Assembly (NCBI RefSeq): GCF_036321535.1
Contig: NC_087437.1
Span: 105,030,001 to 105,094,000 of the forward strand
Direction of reading: 5' to 3'
DNA from: Camelus dromedarius
Taxonomy: Eukaryota
Length of the DNA stretch: 64,000 nt
This document shows, one piece after another, positions 1-13,440 of this stretch (position 1 is its first letter; each line of letters opens with the position of its first letter). The position numbers were made by a program, and so were the translations under genes. Under the pieces are notes generated by a model that searched no databases, was not told the DNA's origin, and saw only the letters and a program-made list of their open reading frames with translations.

Positions 1-619
1 GGAACACCCTAATTGAGAAGGAAACTGGACTAAGTAACTTCTGGATTTGTATTTGATCAATTTATATCTGCCTAGAGAAACAGGTATTTCCAATGGCTAG
101 CTCTACTTCATTTACAAATGAATGAATATGTAATACAAATATAAATACACCATTAACTCCAAATAGAGTACAGTAACTTTCAATTTTTATTAAAAATTAT
201 ATTTTAAACAAGTGTTGAAACAGAACAGATTTTTAATATAATTTTTAGTTTATCAGAATATTCCTATAAACAGAACACTTAATTATCTGTGTATTTTGAT
301 TGGTAGATTATAGAATGTTACTGCTTTGAGATCATCTTTCATGACTTTACATAGATATAAAGTAATATAAGTTCTAAATGCATCACTTTGAAATGGTAGA
401 GATCATCAAAATCTGAGAGAGAAAACTTACAAAACACTGAATATTTAATTAACAAAGAGAAAGATCAAATAATACCTTAAGCATAGTGCTTTATAATTTA
501 AAAGGTGTCTTCATACAAGGCAGTACATTTAATGCTAAAAAACCTTTCAATGTAAATATTATTTTAAGCTTACTGAATACATAAAGGGAAAAAAGTCAGT
601 CTTCTTACCTTCTATTACC

Positions 620-925
620 AAAGCCTGAAAGTCTTTTCCCCAACATTCTTCTCACAGGCTTCTATTGGTTTCAAAGCTCAATTTAAATGATTTTTTTTCT
701 TATGATCTCTTTTCCTATTTTCACAAAGATAATTTTACCCATCACTCTGTCTATACACACTTCTATTAGGATATTTATGTCACCTGAATTTATTTTATAT
801 CATCTCTTTACTGGATATTAAACATCTAAAATTCAGGGACTAGACACTATTCTCCTTTATCTCAACACCCATCAACATTCCTGGCACAGATCAGATGCTC
901 AATATGATTTGTAAACAATTAAAAT
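620..925 (+). mobile_element. L2 LINE 3' end remnant
   Basis: 'cctggcacagatcagatgctcaatatgatttgtaaac' resembles the L2 3' terminus (cctggcacatagtaggcgctcaataaatatttgttgaatg); left boundary approximate. Confidence 0.6.
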
Positions 926-1254
926 ATTGGGTTAATTAATTATGTAATAACATATGGTTGGGTAGGTAGTAAATGAAATTGAACACAGATTTTTTGCAAT
1001 AAATTTCTGCTTTCAGATGACCCATAACCATTTCACTAACCCAGTAAAAAACAAAATAAAAGAGAAATGTTATTATAGGTATAATTTATCTTAACTTTTT
1101 GAACTTCTTTGGCTTGCTTTCTTTATTGTTAATTTGTTTAACTAATCAAATTAACATTCAAAATTGACTAAGGCTGGGGCCGTCCATTTACATCTTCACA
1201 AACCTACAAGCACACACTCTTTATTTAAGTCAAAATTGCTAATATGGCTAATTG

Positions 1255-1317
1255 ACTTTTATATTATGCAAGGTGCAATATAACTACTTTTATATTATGC
1301 AAGGTGCAATATAACTA
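1255..1317. repeat. Perfect 31-bp tandem duplication (2 copies)
   Basis: acttttatattatgcaaggtgcaatataact occurs at 1255-1285 and 1286-1316. Confidence 0.95.
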
Positions 1318-2409
1318 TCTGATTTTTCTTAAGTTAATAGTATATTCCTTATGGTAATCTTTACTTCACTTTTATATGATCATTCAGAATTTTAAACACA
1401 GTCATATAGACCAGAGTTTGCCAAAAAACTTATTTATTAGTAGTGTACAATTTTACTTATTTAATTTCTTCTAGCAAAGTTAGCCTTTGTATGCATTTAC
1501 AGTGATTAACAATCAACAAATTCATTTTCTGTTGCTAAGTTGTATTGATAATTTTTATTGGCTTTTATGATCAAAAATTAATTGGTAATACTGCATTACA
1601 GCTGTCCATCACTTATCTGATTTGGCCTCATCATGATCATTTGTCAAAACTAGCAAATAACTCAAGAAACTTTTCAAAATGATAGAAAAGGAAGTTCAAC
1701 ATTCAATATCCAGTGATTTTGCAGCTGTCGCTATCATAAACTGTCAACATCACAAACCTCTACTGTGAACTCATTTGTGTAGAAAGCAGAATTGTATGTT
1801 AAATAGTTAAATTTGAAAAATGCATGGGTTTTGAGCCAAAGAGAAAATTTAGATTGCATTTGTGAAAGGTGGAGTTCTAAAATTGTTTCTTCTTAAGGCT
1901 ATAATTAAATTACTACTATTATTATTGTTACTAACAATTATCAAGACAGTTTTTGAAGACTTACATAAGCTCAATTAAATGTTATATCTCCTATGGTAAA
2001 TGATTGATAAGCATTTGTTAGATACAATAAAAATAATTTCCAATTAAATGGAATGCTGTTGAAAATTTCACCTAAATTTCTATAATTCTATATTTTAGTT
2101 GACAGCTTAGAAATCAGTTAATATCACATGTATTTCATTCAGACAACCTGATATGCAGTGGATAATAAGTGAATCAATGATTATCGACTACCTATACACA
2201 TGTAATACATACTGTGACAATTTTAAGGGGATATTAAGTCTGCATGTTATCCTTCTCCTTTACAAGCAACATTGTTTACGTTTTCTCATTGGGATTTCAA
2301 ACCTTTTTCTACATTTCAGATTCATATATAAGAATTGCATCTTTATTCGGAGTCCTACACCTGCTTCTTCAGTTTTCTTTCATTTTATATGATTTGAGAG
2401 GAAGATCCC

Positions 2410-2555
2410 CTAGAAGTTTTATCATAGTGGAAAAAGTACAGTAAAAGATGAGGTAAAATGTAAACAATTGTTGAATCTGGGTAAAGGGTACCTGGGAGTT
2501 TCTTGCAGTGTTCTTACACTTTCTAACAACTGTTCTTTACTTTTGAAATTATAAC
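2410..2555 (+). mobile_element. Ancient L1 (L1ME-like) 3' end fragment
   Basis: 'aaaatgtaaacaattgttgaatctgggtaaagggtacctgggagtttcttgcagtgttctt' matches the L1ME-type 3' UTR end. Confidence 0.65.
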
Positions 2556-3369
2556 AAAGCAAACAAGTTACTGAAAACAAGAAGTATCCATTCAACTCAT
2601 ACATAGATTATAGGAAGAAATAAAGTGACAAATAATTCTTTAAATCAATTCTAATATTATTAAAAGCATATTTCAAAGTAAGTTTAGTAACAACTGCTTT
2701 TGTACCACTAAACTTTTTAAAAAAGGATTTAACTTAAGTATTATTATCAGAGTATTGCATGCAAATTTGATGAAATTTAAAAATCTAGATTAAAACATAT
2801 TTTCACAAAATATAAATGACCAATTCACATGGAAAAATGGTAGATAAATTTTTAGTGAATTGGGATTTTATTTTTAGTATAGTCAAATTTTACATATTGG
2901 CAACAAAGCATGTACAAATTTACCTGTGGGAGAAACTAGGGAACATTTTAAAGATACTGAAATCATACACCAGAGCATCTAAACATACGGTTGGATAGTC
3001 ACAAAATCTTAATATATGTTCATGACAGCCTGAGTTTTTAAAGATACTATGTGGCATGTAAGTAACTCCTGTTATGGATCCTAAAAACACTTCATAATTG
3101 TAAGCTATCTTTTTTAGAACAACTGAATATGAAGTAAAAAAAAAGCATGTCTGCATTCTAGAAAATAAAACAAAGCCAACAAATATAGACAAAAACATTA
3201 GTTCAAAATATCATACTCAATCTGAAAGTTATAAGGAATAAATATTCTGAATTGAAAAGTCTCATTTATCATTCAAGAATATAAAATAAAATCGCAAAAT
3301 ACGCTTTTGAGGTTCAGATTTAAAAATTAATATATGCAAATCATCAAGATAATTTTATATGCATATATT

Positions 3370-3700
3370 TTTTAAAGAACAAAGTGGAATAATAGGAAAC
3401 TTACTCCATCTGATATTAAAACTTATTTTAAGTCTATTATAATAAAATCAACATTGTATGGCCACTCTGGGAAGAAACAGATCCAGTATATTTGAAAAGG
3501 TATCGTATGTTAACAGGAGGTCCTCTGGGGAAAAAGGTGGATTATCAAACTAGTGTTGATGTAACAATGGTATACACACTCAGAACTTAGGCAAAACCAT
3601 AAATATACTCAGAACTTATACAATAACTCATTTCTGGGTTGATTAAATATAAAATAAAAGTATAAAATGATAAAAGAAACTATGTGGGAAACCTTAGTTT
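3370..3700 (+). mobile_element. Ancient L1M ORF2 fragment
   Basis: 'gaacaaagtgga...acttactccatctgatattaaaacttattttaagtctattataataaaatcaacattgtatgg' is a degenerate L1 ORF2 segment (GGLTLPDFKTYYKA-like). Confidence 0.55.
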
Positions 3701-3811
3701 GGAGAGATCTTTGGAGAGAGGACACAGGTGGAGGAGAACCCAGAAAACGCAGCCAACTGCAGTACTACCGTCCCAGACATATGACTGAGGACCTCTTGGA
3801 CCTTGTAGCTG

Positions 3812-4200
3812 ACAAAGAAAGAATTAGTGATCTTTAGTGAACTTGAAGATAGGTCAATAAAAATTTCTAAAACTGAAAATCAAAGAAAAAAAAGAGGGAA
3901 AAACAAAGAACAAAATATCTAAGACCTATGGGATAATTGGCAAGGTGTAACATGCCAGTATTTGTACTATCAGAAAAAGAAAAAGAATGCAGAAGAAGTA
4001 ATATTTGAAGCAGTAATAGTTAAGTATTTTTCAAATTAATGATAGACTCCATAGCACAGATCCAGGAACCTCAAATTATATCAAGCAATATAGATACCCA
4101 AAAATCTATGCCTTAGCATATCATTCAAACAAAAAATTGAATCTATATAAAGAGGAGTGCCAGAGAAGAAATAAATTAAATCTATTAAAATAAAACTAAA
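3812..4200 (+). mobile_element. Ancient L1M ORF1 fragment
   Basis: 'gaaagaattagtga...acttgaagataggtcaataaaaatttctaaaactgaa...gacctatgggataa...atatttgaagcagtaatag...cagatccaggaacctca' is typical L1 ORF1 DNA. Confidence 0.75.
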
Positions 4201-4239
4201 CAGATTATTTCTTCCTAATTACATTTTAAATTTATGTCT

Positions 4240-4490
4240 TACAATGAATTTGTCCACTTGTATCAATGTCTTCACTTTTTGGCAAAAACTTCTTCATAAT
4301 AATCCTTATTATCTTTCTAAAATCTGTTGGTAGTGATGTTCCCTCATTAATTATTAACATTGATAATTTATGTCTTAACTCTGCTTTTCTTGGTCAATTT
4401 GGCTATAGGTTTTATCAACAAAAAAAATCATTTTATAGATACAAATTTTGGTTTCATTGATTTTTCTCTATTGTTTTCTTATTTTTAAAT
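4240..4490 (-). mobile_element. Ancient L1M ORF2 fragment (antisense)
   Basis: 'ttttcttggtcaatttggctataggttttatcaa...tttggtttcattgatttttctctattg' is the reverse complement of an L1 ORF2 region. Confidence 0.7.
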
Positions 4491-5564
4491 ATGTTGCTCA
4501 TACTTATATACTAAAATAAAATATGTACTCTTGAAAATAAAAAAATGAGTTCACAACAATATTTCTGTCTCATATTTAGCATTGTATAACTTTCTACTAA
4601 TATATTTGATGATTTTATGATTTTTAACACTGAAAATCTTGGTACCAGACACATAATTACTTACTTGCATTTTCTACAATTTATATATAATTGACTTATT
4701 TTTTGTTACAACTAAAACTACAGGATGAATTTATACTTTTGCTGCAGTTTATTTGTTTTTTAGAATATATCCCAGTATAGATGGGGAGACAAAATACTGT
4801 ATTTCACTTATAAAGAGTCTTAAAATAATTATTTTCTCCTGGGTGTTTATATCATTGACTTGATGACACAATTACACACAGCATACAAAACAGAAATTTT
4901 TTCCAGCTTTGTCTAAATTTTTACATTGACTTTTTAATCTTTTCACTTCAATTTTATTTTTGCATAAATTAAATATTAGTTTTTTGAGACAAACATCATA
5001 AAAATGTATTTGTGGAGATTTCTAGTTTTCTCCCTTTTCTCTTCTACTTATACTTTTTCTCCTTTTATAGTTAAACATTATATTAGATTTTGGATATTGC
5101 TTTTAATGTTTTTTTTTTTTTTTTAGTGTTACTTTTGCAAGTAAATATATGTCTTCTTCCATGTAGGGTAATTTATCATATGTATTGATTTACCATTGCT
5201 GTTTTGATTTAAGACTGTATCCTAAAGGTAATTTCATATTAGAATATGAAGATCTTTGTCATTCATTTTTAAGCTGCAGTTAATATAATTTTGTTCATGT
5301 ATTAATAGTGCAATCAGTAATCCTCCTTACTGATGGACATTTAATTTCCAGAGAGAGAGAGTGAGAAAAAAAAACTATTACATCAATGAGTCTGGAATAT
5401 GTCTTAAGTACAATGTGGATTTTAAATTGCTATTTTTCTTTTGAGTGTGTATGATAAATTAATGTGAGCATGTATTAAAAAGTACAGTATGCAGAACTTT
5501 CAACACTGACATATCACTGCTGGAAATTTTTTAGAAAAAAATAAATGTATGAGTATCTAATACT

Positions 5565-5703
5565 GTATGTATATATTTTATGTATACATACATATTTCTA
5601 GTTATATATACACACATACACATGTATATATACATACACATATATACATATATACATACATAATATACATAAATATACAACCATATTTAAACACATATAT
5701 GTG

Positions 5704-5734
<31 letters not shown>
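5565..5734. repeat. (TA)/(CA) low-complexity tract ending in a pure (CA)n microsatellite
   Basis: Directly visible; it accounts for ORF 5567..5773 (HTHTH). Confidence 0.95.
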
Positions 5735-5737
<3 letters not shown>

Positions 5738-6224
5738 TTCTCCTCAATTTATCATGGGGTTATCTCTGGATAAACTTATCCTAAGTGGATATGTTGTTAA
5801 AAATGAACTTAGTACAACCAATCTACTGAACATCATAGCCTACTTTAAATGTGCTCAGAACATTTGTATTAGCCTACAGTTGGGCAAAAGCATCTAACAG
5901 AAAGCCTGTATTACACTAAAGCATTGAAAAGCTCACGTAATTCATTGAGTACTGTACTGAAAGGGAAAAACAGAATGGTTGTCTGGGTATGGAAAGGTTG
6001 TGAATGTATTGGTTGTTTACCCCATGATTACATGGTTGACTGAGGGTTGTGGCTTGCCGCCCCTGTCCAGCCTTGTGAGAGAATATTCTGCCTCCTGCTG
6101 CTAGCCCAGGGAAAAAATCAAAATTTAGAAACTTAACTAGGGTCTCTATTGAACGTGCTTTCCTTTCCCACCATTGTAAAGCTGAAAAAGTATAATTCAT
6201 ACTGTTATAAGTCAGGGACTATTG
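5734..6224 (+). mobile_element. Non-autonomous Tigger5-family DNA transposon (MER47/Tigger5b-like)
   Basis: Starts 'cagattctcctcaattta', ends 'taagtcagggactattg' (degenerate terminal inverted repeats); internal 'gtgctcagaaca...tagcctacagttgggcaaa...tactgtactgaaag..aaaaacagaatggttgt' matches MER47; sits in a TA-rich target. Confidence 0.85.
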
Positions 6225-7019
6225 GTTTATACATATATACACATAAATACATATATATCTAGATTTCTAGGTATCTAAATGCTGATGTACATTTAGATAT
6301 TAATCATGAAATTGTTTTTGATAGAATAAGAAAGTAGAAACTTCTAAAAGTCCAATAAAAGCAAGCCATGGTTAAGTAAATTTTATATGAAATTTATCTA
6401 ATAAAAAGATCATGACATATATATGTATTGATTTCAGTACTGCATATAATAAATAGTAAAATTAAAAGAATAATGTTACAAAATAATAGTCATGGTTCGA
6501 CCTCATTGTTGGTAGTAAAAAATTCTATGTGCTTATGTTAATTTATATTTACATAAGCAAAGGATTTACTCTGGTAAATTGCCCACAATGGCAACCACAG
6601 CATTTATGAGATTCCATTTTGGAGACGTATTAGATCAAATACACCTTCAGTGACCTTACGGAAAGGATTTGCATTTGCAATCAAACTACAATGGAACAAA
6701 CAAGATCATTAGCATAGCATGTGAACAAAACTTCCAAATTCACTACCACTGTCTACTCAGAACTCAGACTCAGGTAACAGTTTCTGAACAAATTAGCCTT
6801 CACCAAGTAGATCATCAGGCTCCCTAAACCCACCTGGATCTGACAGCAAGGCTGGCAGTCTAGAGTAAATAATGTCCCAAGACCACTCTAAGACAAAAGG
6901 GAATCTGGGGACATGGGTACATTTTGCAGGACATGTTGTAGTCCTGAAAAAAAATGGATCTGTTTATGTAGAAAAAAGGAAATATATTTGATATTGGCAA
7001 ATAGTTGAATATAGCACTT

Positions 7020-7270
7020 TGATTAGCCAAACTCAAATGTTCTTACCTAACCCCACAAGGAGTCATCCCCTATAATATCCTCTGTTTTATGCATCAAGTG
7101 TTACTATCTAAAATGTCCTTACTTATCAATTTGCTTATGTTTATAAATCATTCTTTCCCATCCTCATTGGAATGTGAGCTTTATGGGAGCAGGAACTTCT
7201 GTCTTTGTGCCCAGATCACTGTCTGGTATAAAATTGGTGCTAAATAATTATTTTAAAATAAATGATTAAA
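7020..7270 (+). mobile_element. L2 3' end remnant
   Basis: 'ggaatgtgagctttatgggagcaggaacttctgtc...tgtctggtataaaattggtgctaaataattattt'. Confidence 0.7.
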
Positions 7271-9389
7271 TAAACAAGTTAACAAATACACATATGTTTA
7301 AATGAATAGCTGTCAAATAATTGCTATAGTGGATGAGACTGTGTTCTTGAAAGACAACTACTAAAAAATATCCTATTGTTCATAGTTATCATAATGTGTC
7401 TTTCTCGTAAAGTTATGGACTGAAACTCTAAGCATGAAAGTAAAAACACATTTAAAGCGAAACTCACATTTAAGCCTAGAATAGAACATAGTAACAACTA
7501 GGCTGTGATGCTCTCACTATAGTTTAACAATTAAAAGTAGAGAAAAGAAAATTGTTGGTGAATTCTGCCATTCACTGTGGAAGTTCTGAATTCCAGACTT
7601 GGAAGGAAACTCAAAGAATTATATCCTTCGGCATCCTATGGAGTTTGACAGTGTGACTCTGGGGCTAACTTTCCACACACGCATAACAACCAGCAGTAGC
7701 ACAGGCTTCACTTCTAGTTTATTACCTTCAGTCCCTTCCGAGCCTCACTAGTAATAAGATTCCTGAGAATCATGGGTATGCAGCTTGCAAGCTTTGTTCG
7801 TGGGGCTCTATCTGGTCAGCAGAGCAGCATGCTGTCCAAGCACTTCTTGTGACTGACTAGAAGTGTGAGATGTAAAGAAGAAAAGGGAGATTCAATGCTT
7901 TAAGTATTTCAGAATTGCAGCCTTAAACCAGAAAACACAACTCATACTTGCCTTTCACAGTGAGTCCCAACTTTCTAACATCATCCCTTGTCCTTCCCAC
8001 ATACACACTCATTTATCATCAGGTATGTGCAGAAATTCAAAGAAATAGCTTGTTTATGGGATAGTATAATATTTCAAAAATATTAACCAATACATTTTGT
8101 GGTAGTGATTGTTTTACAAAATTCTTTTTATCCCTTGTGTGTTTCTTCTAGGTAGGAAATAACTAAGCTGACTTTTGGCTCAGGAAAAAAGATGGTATTA
8201 CAAGAAGGAGAAAAAAAGATTTTTTTCCTTGCTTTTAAATATCAAAGGTCCAACCACAAGAAAAAATAAAAAAGACTCCTGTGCATGAACAATACACAAG
8301 AGTAGGAGACTATGGGAGGAGTTAAGAGAAAAGTTCTGAAACTCACAGACTTGATAAATGTTTCCTGGGCTGTCAAAGAGGAAAGTTAGGATGGAAACAA
8401 AAAGTGAGTGCAAGCCTTAAATAATGTCTCAGAATTTCCTTTAACCCAGTGTGGTAGGACGGAAGCAGCAGAATGATGTCTGTGTATCCACAAGTAGTTC
8501 TGAGAGCCCTTAGAAGTGGAGAAGAAGAGCCCTGCAGCAGTGACCTGCACGGACTAATGATTAAGACCTGGCTGGGGTCATAGAATGGGCATGGGCTCAG
8601 AGAATTCCAGCAAGAACAGGTTATAGAGCACCTTGCCAATTTGCCCACTGGATATTAGTCACAACTCTGGGAAGAAAAGTAGATGTTAATTTACTGGAAA
8701 CATACTTTTACCATTATGCAAAATAGGAACTAGAAATACTATGTCCATTATAGAAAAAAATCTGTTACATTATTTTTATAGCAAATTTATGGACTGAGAT
8801 TTATAGACACTTCAGTTTCAATAACCTTTTCCTATCTCTTACTCATATCTAGAAAGATTCTGGAAACTAACCTGACCTGAAAGGGAAGTTAGACCAAGGT
8901 GTTAGTGAGACCAGAGGATATATTGTCCATAACGTAAATGTATTCTTAGAGAAATGTCTATGTCTCCTTTCTTTCTAGCATCTAGAAAAGAAAAGGAACA
9001 TAACATCATTTAAGACATGTTTGCTATGCTACATATTGTTATTTGCTTTATTATTATCCCATAACTTTATACAAAACCTCAAGCACATGGTAAGGCAAGA
9101 AGTACTGTGTCCTTTAAACAGAAGGAGCACAGAAAATGTAAGTAAACTTGTCCCAATCTTTCTTTCATCATGTATTTTAAGTAATTGTGGAAAATTTCTG
9201 TTGCTTGCCAGCAATCACCAGAGAATCTAGAGGAAAGATCTAGCAAGCAGCCGGCTTATACTTTGACAACACCTTGCACAGGTATAAACTCAAGAGAAAG
9301 AAAATGAGTTCTTCCATATCTTTTCTCATTCCAGATGTGAAAACTAGTATTAGACCTAACAGTTCTCATGTTCAACACATGTTCTGTAT

Positions 9390-9836
9390 TTTAATGCAAA
9401 TTACTGTATTTCTTGCCCATCCTTTAACACCTTCATCTCCTTTGCTGTAGTGAAAAGTGGCTGGACAGTGGCTCAGAAAGATATCCAATAAGAAATAAAG
9501 AACTGAACATACATCTACCCTATGAGAAGCATGCCAGAGGAAGGGAGAAACCTGTATTCAGTGACATCAGTGGATAGATAACGATTCCATTTTTCTCATC
9601 CACGTGAGAGACATGTCTGATGTTTGTTCCACATAGTCTCCTGATTACCCCCAAGAGGACTAATGTCTAATTACCTAGAGTGATAACCTGCTCTTAACAT
9701 AACCTCATTGGATTCCTTCCCTTCCCTGACTTCCTCACTACCCTACCAGTTTTTTTCTGAGATCATCTTCCATATAAATATTTGTGTTCAGAATCATTCC
9801 TGCTGGGTATGCAGCTGGTAGAAGTTAGGCTGAGTC
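9390..9836 (+). mobile_element. ERVL solo LTR (LTR16-like)
   Basis: 3' part 'cccttccctgacttcctcactaccctaccagtttttttctgagatcatcttccatataaata...' matches the LTR16 R/U5 region; left boundary approximate. Confidence 0.65.
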
Positions 9837-9977
9837 ACTCACAGTTCCACTGACTGAAGCAATGCATCTATCTTCTGAGTTGAAAATTTTGACCCCTCTC
9901 ACAGTCCCAGGGAACCCAGGATTCACTGCTAGGTTCAGAGTCTCATTGCCCTTGTGATTTATTCCCTAAATAAAGAC

Positions 9978-11045
9978 CAGGATTATCTTCACGGACTTGT
10001 GCATAGGGTGCAGCAGCAGAGGTTTCCACACTCAGAAAGGGACTTCATATTTGAGGTTCAGTGCTCTCCATTTGCTGTCTAGATATGTTCAGTAATGTTA
10101 TCTTTCTATCTGCTTTGCTAAGTGAAATCAGGTGGGATGATGGAGCGCTCAGAGGAGGCTTAGGGCCTGTGCTCAAATGCAACTGGGTCTTCTGCCATCT
10201 CCCTGCCTCTCTAAGGATGGCTTCTTGGCTGCCCACTACCCAACTCCCACCCAGCAACTGCTGTCCCTTTTCATCTCTGGTCAGAGGTCTGGCGGTGGTA
10301 GTACAAAAGGTCAAGATGGGGTGCACACACTGTGCATGCTGGACTGTGGGGCACAGCCCAGGCACCTAATAGGGTCTGCACTCACCTTGCAGATATCCCC
10401 ACAACCAAGGGAGTATGGTGTTAAATAGTAAATAAAACTACCACGAGAGAGGTACTGGTTTCCAATTTGATGCCATAAAAACTTACAGTAAACCTAATGG
10501 TTTAAAACAACACAAATTTATTATCTTACAGTTCTGTAATTTAGAAGTTAAAAATCGATCTCAAGGAGTTTACAGAGCTGTCCTCCTTAATGGAAACTCT
10601 AATGTAGAATCAGTTTTCTTGTCTTGTCCACCTTCTAGTGGCTGTCTTCCTGCCTTGGCTGGTAGCCCCTTCCATCTTCAAAGCCAGCAATGGCCTGTCA
10701 TGTCTTTCTTATTCTGACACTGATGCTTATGTTTTCCTCTTCCACATTTAAGGATCTTTTGAGATGACATTGGTCCCAAGTATAGAGTCTAGGCTAATCT
10801 CCTCCCACCCACCATTTGAAGGTCAGCTGATTTACAATGTTAATTCCCTTTAGCTTTGTAATCTAATATATTCATAGGTTCCCAGGATTAGAAGAAGGAC
10901 ATTTTAGGGAGGACTATTATTCTGCCTACCACAAAAGGTGGAGAGACTATAGAATAAAGGAAAAAAAGTCCTGCTTTTTTTTTTTTTTAAAGGGGCTTAC
11001 ATTTTTATTTTGTATAGGGCATCACAAATGATGTAGCCAACCTTG
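9978..11045 (+). mobile_element. hAT-Tip100 DNA transposon (MER45B/C-like), interrupted by an MLT1 LTR
   Basis: 5' 'caggattatcttcacggacttgtgc...cactcagaaaggg' and 3' 'aaggggcttacatttttattttgtatagggcatcacaaatgatgtagccaaccttg' match the MER45 ends. Confidence 0.75.
10451..10933 (-). mobile_element. MaLR solo LTR (MLT1C/D-like) nested in MER45
   Basis: 'ttaaaacaacacaaatttattatcttacagttctg...ccatcttcaaagccagcaatgg...tattattctgcctaccaca'. Confidence 0.9.
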
Positions 11046-11224
11046 GGAAATATCTAAGTGGACTTTACATTAATTCCCTCCTTCATGGTCCACATCTAGT
11101 TCACAGAGATACTCATGCATCCCTTGTCCCCATAAATTCTAGGCAGCACCCTCTTCCGTGCTCCAGGGTTGCCATGGCTTTCTCAGGCATGAGTCACACA
11201 CCAGGCTTCATCTCTCTTAACTCA

Positions 11225-11468
11225 GGACCTTTGTAGATGGCTTCCTTCTTGCTGTACCTTCACATGACAGAGACTGAGAGGGTTCTGATTTCTTCCTTGT
11301 CTTATAAAGGAACTAATCCCACCATGGGGAATCCATTCTCAAAGCTTTAACTAAACCCAATTGTCTCCTGAAAGTCTCACCTCCAGATACCATCACTTTG
11401 GGGATTACAGCTTCAACATGTGAATTTGTGGCATGGGGTGCAGGAACACAAACATTCAGCCCATAACA
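11225..11468 (-). mobile_element. MaLR LTR fragment (MLT1A-like)
   Basis: 'tcttataaaggaactaatcccaccatggg...ccatcactttggggattacagcttcaacatgtgaattt...cacaaacattcagcccataaca'. Confidence 0.85.
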
Positions 11469-12574
11469 GGAGCCATCAGCATATGTACCAATACTTACAC
11501 TAAAAAAAAAAAAAATCTGATCACACTTGAATGATTAAATCTATCAAATTTATGTGAGTTTAACCCTCTTATGTGAGTTTAATTCAAAACATGGAGGAAT
11601 CAGGAGATATCATCTTGCTCTTGTTCACGTTTTAGAGATTTTATATTGAATTTAAGTTTCCCTCTTTTTATTTTTCTCAATCTAAATTCAATCCATATCT
11701 ATATATGTAAGCCTGTGTGTAAGTGTGTGTGACCAGTTCCCTCACATTATCAAAAATTGTGTGGCCTCCTTTTTCTAATACTTAACAGAATACAGAATTA
11801 CTATGGGGTTTCTGGGGGTTAAGTAATATGTTGGCAGCCTGGGTAGTAATTCAGTTTGTTAGTTTGACAATATGAGATAACTGTACTTGCCAATACAACT
11901 GTAAATGCCACTCAGTCTATCATTGTGTTATTATTGTCAGATCATGACATCTTGACATTTCTTCTCCAAGCTGTGCCACTTCTATTTTTTTTTTACTTAA
12001 AAGACACTGCAATTGTGTTATTCATGCATAAAAAATATAACCTTTAATTTTTGACTCTATGTAGGAAAACATAATTTATACTCTTCATCTTAGAAGTGTT
12101 TCTAAAATATCACAGAAAAATAAAATGAGCCTAGTAATGATTTAATATATGGTGCTTAGGTCAGAAATAAAAGACACTCACTGTATTGGCATTTTTCCTA
12201 AACAATTTTCTGAAGACACTATTGTTATGGATATAATTCTCTTTAATATTTAAAATTGCATGTTTTACTTCTACATTTTTGCAAGAAGCAATTGTCTGAT
12301 GGCTCTTTCAAGACTGTAGGAAGTTATTTCAAGTTAATTCACAGAGAAAGTACTAAACCAGTGAATCGGCATTATGAGAAATGGCTCTCCATCATCTGCG
12401 CTGTAAGAGGATGTCAGTAAGTATTGGCTTTTTTCCCCAATAGTGGGTCCAACCCCATTTTACCAACTTGCCTGGCTTTCTTCCTCCTGTTTTCTACTTT
12501 TAATTACCAGATTCTCTAATGTAATTTATTTCATCAAACTTATTAGCAATGGCTTCCATAAAAGTTTCTATCAG

Positions 12575-12760
12575 GAAGACAGTAGAGCTTAAGAACAAGA
12601 ACTTTGGCAATTTAAACATGGGTTCAAATCTTAGCTCCATCACTTATTGGTTTGCGACATTGTTCAGCTGAACTCTTAATTTCAACTTCCTCATCTGTAA
12701 AATGGGAGTAACAGGAAAACTTACTCATAGTAGTGTGTAGGGATTAAAAAAGAAAGACTG
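12575..12760 (+). mobile_element. MIR SINE
   Basis: 'tgggttcaaatcttagctccatcactta...cttcctcatctgtaaaatggga' is the MIR core. Confidence 0.85.
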
Positions 12761-13440
12761 CTGGCCATGCAGTAAAAACCTTATGTAATAAATGTTGTCT
12801 CCACCACTGTTTTTGCTATGCCTACCAAAAAATGAATGATTATGAATTATATAGCAATACAGAACCCATATTTAGTTGTGCAAATGTTCCATTTGAAACT
12901 AGAAGCTAATGTACAGAAAGTTTCTTCTCCAATTCTAACAAAACATTAAAAATAAGCAGAAAATGAAAGTTGTATTTGTAAATTTAGCAATTTTCAAAAG
13001 CAATAGCCATGTATTTTATCTAGATAGTATTAATTAATAGGAAATATGGACCAGTTTCTGAGTAAAGAATTCCTTTAAAATATTTGGCTTAAGGAAAATG
13101 ATACTCTGTAGAAGATGCAATATCTATTCAATATAGCCCATAGTCCAGACTTTCCCATGCTGTGATTATATCACAATGAGTGGGCGGATAAAGGTAACAG
13201 AATAATTATAAGTTTTCAGGTTGTAGCTCTCTTTTCATCTCTAGAATATCTTTTATATAAAAAATTAATTATAATGTTGCTCAACTAGGTATGTCTGTCC
13301 TTCCGTTTGGGACCTTCACAAATTACAGTGTACTAGACCTGAACCTCTGGGTAAAATAAATTCAACCAAAATATTTCAATCTCAAGAATATGGGCTATAT
13401 TGAAAATTACTTTGTCATTTAAGAATTTGGATTGCTCTAT

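Noticed and set aside
3812..4490. Adjacent sense and antisense L1 pieces as a twin-priming inversion
   Set aside because: Very old fragments with no TSD or tail to link them; cannot be distinguished from independent insertions
8330..8935. Possible very old LTR (also 6570-6960 and 44330-44570)
   Set aside because: LTR/ERV-like in feel, but I cannot define termini or family
10045..10428. Cluster of GC-richer ORFs
   Set aside because: Internal sequence of the non-autonomous MER45 element, with no transposase similarity
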